A DNA stretch of 64,000 nucleotides from Ylistrum balloti (Eukaryota): positions 1,116,001 through 1,180,000 of the forward strand of contig NW_026782116.1 in assembly GCF_031769215.1 (NCBI RefSeq). The letters are read 5' to 3'. The position numbers and the translations under genes were made by a program. The notes beneath the pieces were generated by a model. The model worked only from the letters and a program-made list of their open reading frames with translations, made no database searches and was not told where the DNA came from. Positions within the stretch are counted from its first letter, which is position 1. The number at the start of each line of letters is the position of its first letter. This document shows, piece after piece, positions 60,701-64,000 of this stretch.

Positions 60701-62497
60701 AGAAATTTCAGTGTTAGGTAATCTTTTATTGTTGAAATCAAACATCTTTATCGGTCTGTTATCAATTTTATGCAGATCTTGTTTTTGTTCTCATTATATC
60801 TTACTGAACAGCTGGTAATTTAATCTAATCATCTTCATTTCAGCATTGGCAGATTCCCCTTGGAAGGCGTTTCAGATCCCTGAAATTATGGTTTGTTATA
60901 AGAGCCTATGGTTTGAAAGGTTTACAAGAGTATATACGAAAGGTAATTTCACACTATTCAATAGATACTGTATTGACAAATTCACCATTAATACAATATT
61001 TATACACTTCAGAACATCAGTGTTGTATTCATGCCTGAATTAAATAGGTTGACATAGTGTTCCACATGCCCTCCTGCCGCACTGTGTTCCAAGTCAATGC
61101 CGTAGCTCTATCAACTTCATTTATTAATCATGCTTTACAAAGGTCAACTACATCCTGTCAACCTAAGATAAATTCATGTTTTTGGGGTTTGAGGTCACAG
61201 TCAAGGTCACGATTACCATTAATGAAAAATATCAAAGTCATTACCGTAATATCACTCTAGGGACTTAACATATTTTGATGAAAATATATGCAAAGGTTAT
61301 GTATGATTTCTATTTGTTTCTATTTAAAATTTCCAAGTTCAAGGTCAGTCACCATTACTGTATAAATAAAATCATCAGCCTGTCTAGTGACATTGCTTGA
61401 AACAACTTCATTTCTTCAGGACTATAAAATAGATATACCTCCGATGGGAATTCCAAGGTGAAGGTCACCTTCTCTTAGAATTTTATCAAACTGTGCATGG
61501 GGCATTAATTTTCTAGTTTAAAACTATTTTCTTGATAGGATCCAAGATGGTTCAAATTAATATATAAGAAGTCTACCTATTTTATTTTGTATCATTATGA
61601 CCTTAACAAATTACAGGTCAAAATTACAACTTGTGTGTTTTTTTTTTTTCTTTTTTGACATCCACTCCCAGGATGTCCAACTAGCCCATGACTTTGAGAA
61701 GTTAGTGGTTGCAGATGACAGATTTGAAATCTTTGGTGAAGTTGTTATGGGCCTTGTCTGCTTCAGATTAAAGGTGCGTTTTACCTTATTTATCAGAGCA
61801 TTTATTTCATTAAACATGTTTCTGTTTTTTTAACATTGATAATTTATAAACAATCTATGTAAGCAGCTTAAAACCTGACAGTTGTAAAGCACTGAAATAG
61901 ATTGAATAGAGTGAATGATCATATGTAGCAGGAAAGGTGTCTAGTTTTCAGTTTTTATGAAAATAAACCATTAGGTAGTTCACATGGACTGTATAACGCA
62001 CTTCTTATATGCTAAAAACAATAATGTTAGAAAGATTGGTTATTACCAGTAGTGGAAAATCTTAAGATAAATGTACTGGTTTTAGACAATGGAGGTGATA
62101 TATATTGAATACTAGTATCCCAAAATGCTTGTTTTTTTTTCTAGTTTTCATGATGATTGAATAGTATATAAATGATGGAGTGTTTGAGCATTTCAACAAA
62201 ATTCAGTGAATACATATGAAAATGTATTTACATTTATGTTGTATGATGACTATCTGTTCCATGGGATTATTTTTAACCATCTGAATTATGTTGTAGGGAA
62301 AGAATGACCGTAATGAAAAACTGCTGAAGGCAATCAATGATGATGGTAGAATAAGCATTGTGCCATCCAGTGTCAAGGGCACATACTTCCTTAGGCTAGC
62401 CATCTGTAGTTCCGGCACCAACAATAACGATATCAACTTAGCATGGCGAGTTATCACAGAAGTTACTTCTAAACTTCTACAGGAAAATCCATGCTAA
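54762..62497 (+). CDS. DDC: Aromatic-L-amino-acid (DOPA) decarboxylase, PLP-dependent group II, 479 aa
   Basis: Twelve GT-AG coding exons 54762-54962, 55318-55431, 56012-56131, 56773-56910, 57593-57736, 58019-58085, 58268-58362, 59155-59222, 59795-59885, 60844-60942, 61672-61773, 62297-62497 total 1440 nt. Motifs include [24 protein letters not shown] (His retained), [15 protein letters not shown] (PLP lysine), DPLYLKH (loop Tyr) and [16 protein letters not shown]. The Gly here is DDC-type rather than the Ser of HDC/TDC. Confidence 0.97.
57213..57338. repeat. 126-bp near-perfect palindrome in a DDC intron
   Basis: GTAGAATAGACGTCAGGAGTAG...GTTCCGGTCCAATCCACGATTTATTC|GAATAAATTGTGGATTGGACCGGAAC...CTACTCCTGACGTCTATTCTAC. 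The centre is 57275/57276, with 4 mismatches plus one G-T pair. Confidence 0.95.
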
Positions 62498-64000
62498 TAG
62501 AACAATATCATGGCTTACATCCTAAGATACCAAGAAAACCAAAGTGATACTAAATGCTGTTCATGATGGTGTTTCCAAGCTTAAAGATGACTTACATATG
62601 TGTATTCAATCAAAATGTTTGTCATTCATGGCTTATATCAAGTGAAGTATTTCACTGAGATTTTGAGGAACATTAACATGATTGTGAAAAACTGAATCTG
62701 TAAAACAATGAAACATAGAAGTGTTAGTTGTATTTTTACATCTAGAGTATGAAAAATTCTGATTCCTTAAAATACACATTGATCATTCTATTTAAAGAAA
62801 CAGGTGAAAATTTTGACCTGTGAAAATTACAAGCTTTAGTGAATATCTTGACTGGATTCTTGTATCATACCTGTACAGTAGTTAGATGTCTAGACCAATT
62901 GGTCCACTGTGGTTTTCTCGGTAATATACATTTTAGATAGTTTAAAAGTAAAATGTTTATTCAAGATTAATATTGGTGTAATTCACACTACACATCATAC
63001 TGATGCATCAAATGGCAGATATTGAAAAATGGTAAAAATCTATATTGCAGGAATATTTTGAACAACTTGAACTTTTTGTTCCTGACTTAATTTTCAAAAT
63101 GTCAAAATATGAACATTTCCTCTCTGCAGTTTGAAGTCCTCTTCAGGTTTAGAAAAGTAATAGGCCTGCTGAATTCCACTGCTTATAAACCAAGAAGGAA
63201 TTTAGAATTGGTGTGGAGCTCATTCAAAATCAGAGGGTTTTCTGTCTTAACCTTAAAGAAATAAAAATTAATCCACTATTTTCCATCTGTCCTTCCCTCG
63301 CCTATTTGCATGGTCATCTTGACCTTCACTCATAGAAAGACATAATACCCAGGATGAATGATCATTGTTGTAAACTATATTAATACTTGGTTTATAGCTT
63401 CTTGTCTGTGTGTTGGGGGTTGTTATTTTCAAATTGCATGACCTCTACAGTTATGCATTGAGCTTGTCTCTTGCCTGTATAAGCCGATTAACTTCTTCCA
63501 GTTACACATATTAATAGAAAGAATGGTTGTGATGTAAAGATATTTTGGAAAATGAGTTATTCACTGATCTTTTATATGAAAATAATAAAACACGGTTGTG
63601 AACAGTGAATAGCATTTTCCCCTACAATACGAAAAAGAAAATTTACTACATTTCATCAAGTACTTTTGAATAAATTTGTAAAAAGCTTTCAAGGTTAGAA
63701 AGTTTTCAACTTTATGCTGAACTTTTTAGTGAACGGTTTTGGGGTTTTTGGGTATACACACAAACACTATCAAATCATATATTTGGTATCACAGTATGTT
63801 ACTCTATTTGGACAAAAGATCAGTCAATGCATGGATTTAGTTTTAGAAGCTCCGTCTCGATCTTTTTTTATGATTTTATCTTTTTAACGATGTGATTGAT
63901 GGTAATCCATTTTCAAACTAACTCTTAGGATGTTATTGCTTGTAGTTATAAGATTTAGATCAAGTCCAGGAACACACATGGCAATACATTACATACGGTT

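Noticed and set aside
54762-62497. Histidine/tyrosine decarboxylase or aldehyde synthase identity
   Set aside because: HWQIPLG (Gly, not Ser), the retained His in AHSSVE and the retained loop Tyr all indicate canonical DDC.

Overview
AT-rich animal genomic DNA, most likely from a bivalve mollusc (inferred from the intron-rich genes and abundant Helentron-associated/DINE-1-like repeats). Four host genes are supported. (1) ER alpha-1,2-mannosidase MAN1B1 on the minus strand, running off the left edge. (2) A divergent SWT1-like WW + PIN-domain RNA endonuclease on the plus strand, with one GC-AG intron. (3) An intronless 135-aa helical protein of unknown function on the minus strand, with a four-uORF leader. 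(4) A complete DOPA decarboxylase (DDC) on the plus strand. Interspersed are tandem repeats, MITEs, and Penelope, Tc1 and I-group LINE remnants. The most unexpected signal is two decayed coding tracts that resemble the L (RdRp) gene of segmented negative-strand RNA viruses (Bunyaviricetes). One lies in a SWT1 intron (~28430-29540) with remnants of motifs F-A-B-C-D-E in order. The other lies just downstream of SWT1 (~31000-34670) and runs from an endonuclease-like start to motifs F/A. These calls rest on hand translation and viral motifs recalled from memory, so they need a profile search to confirm.
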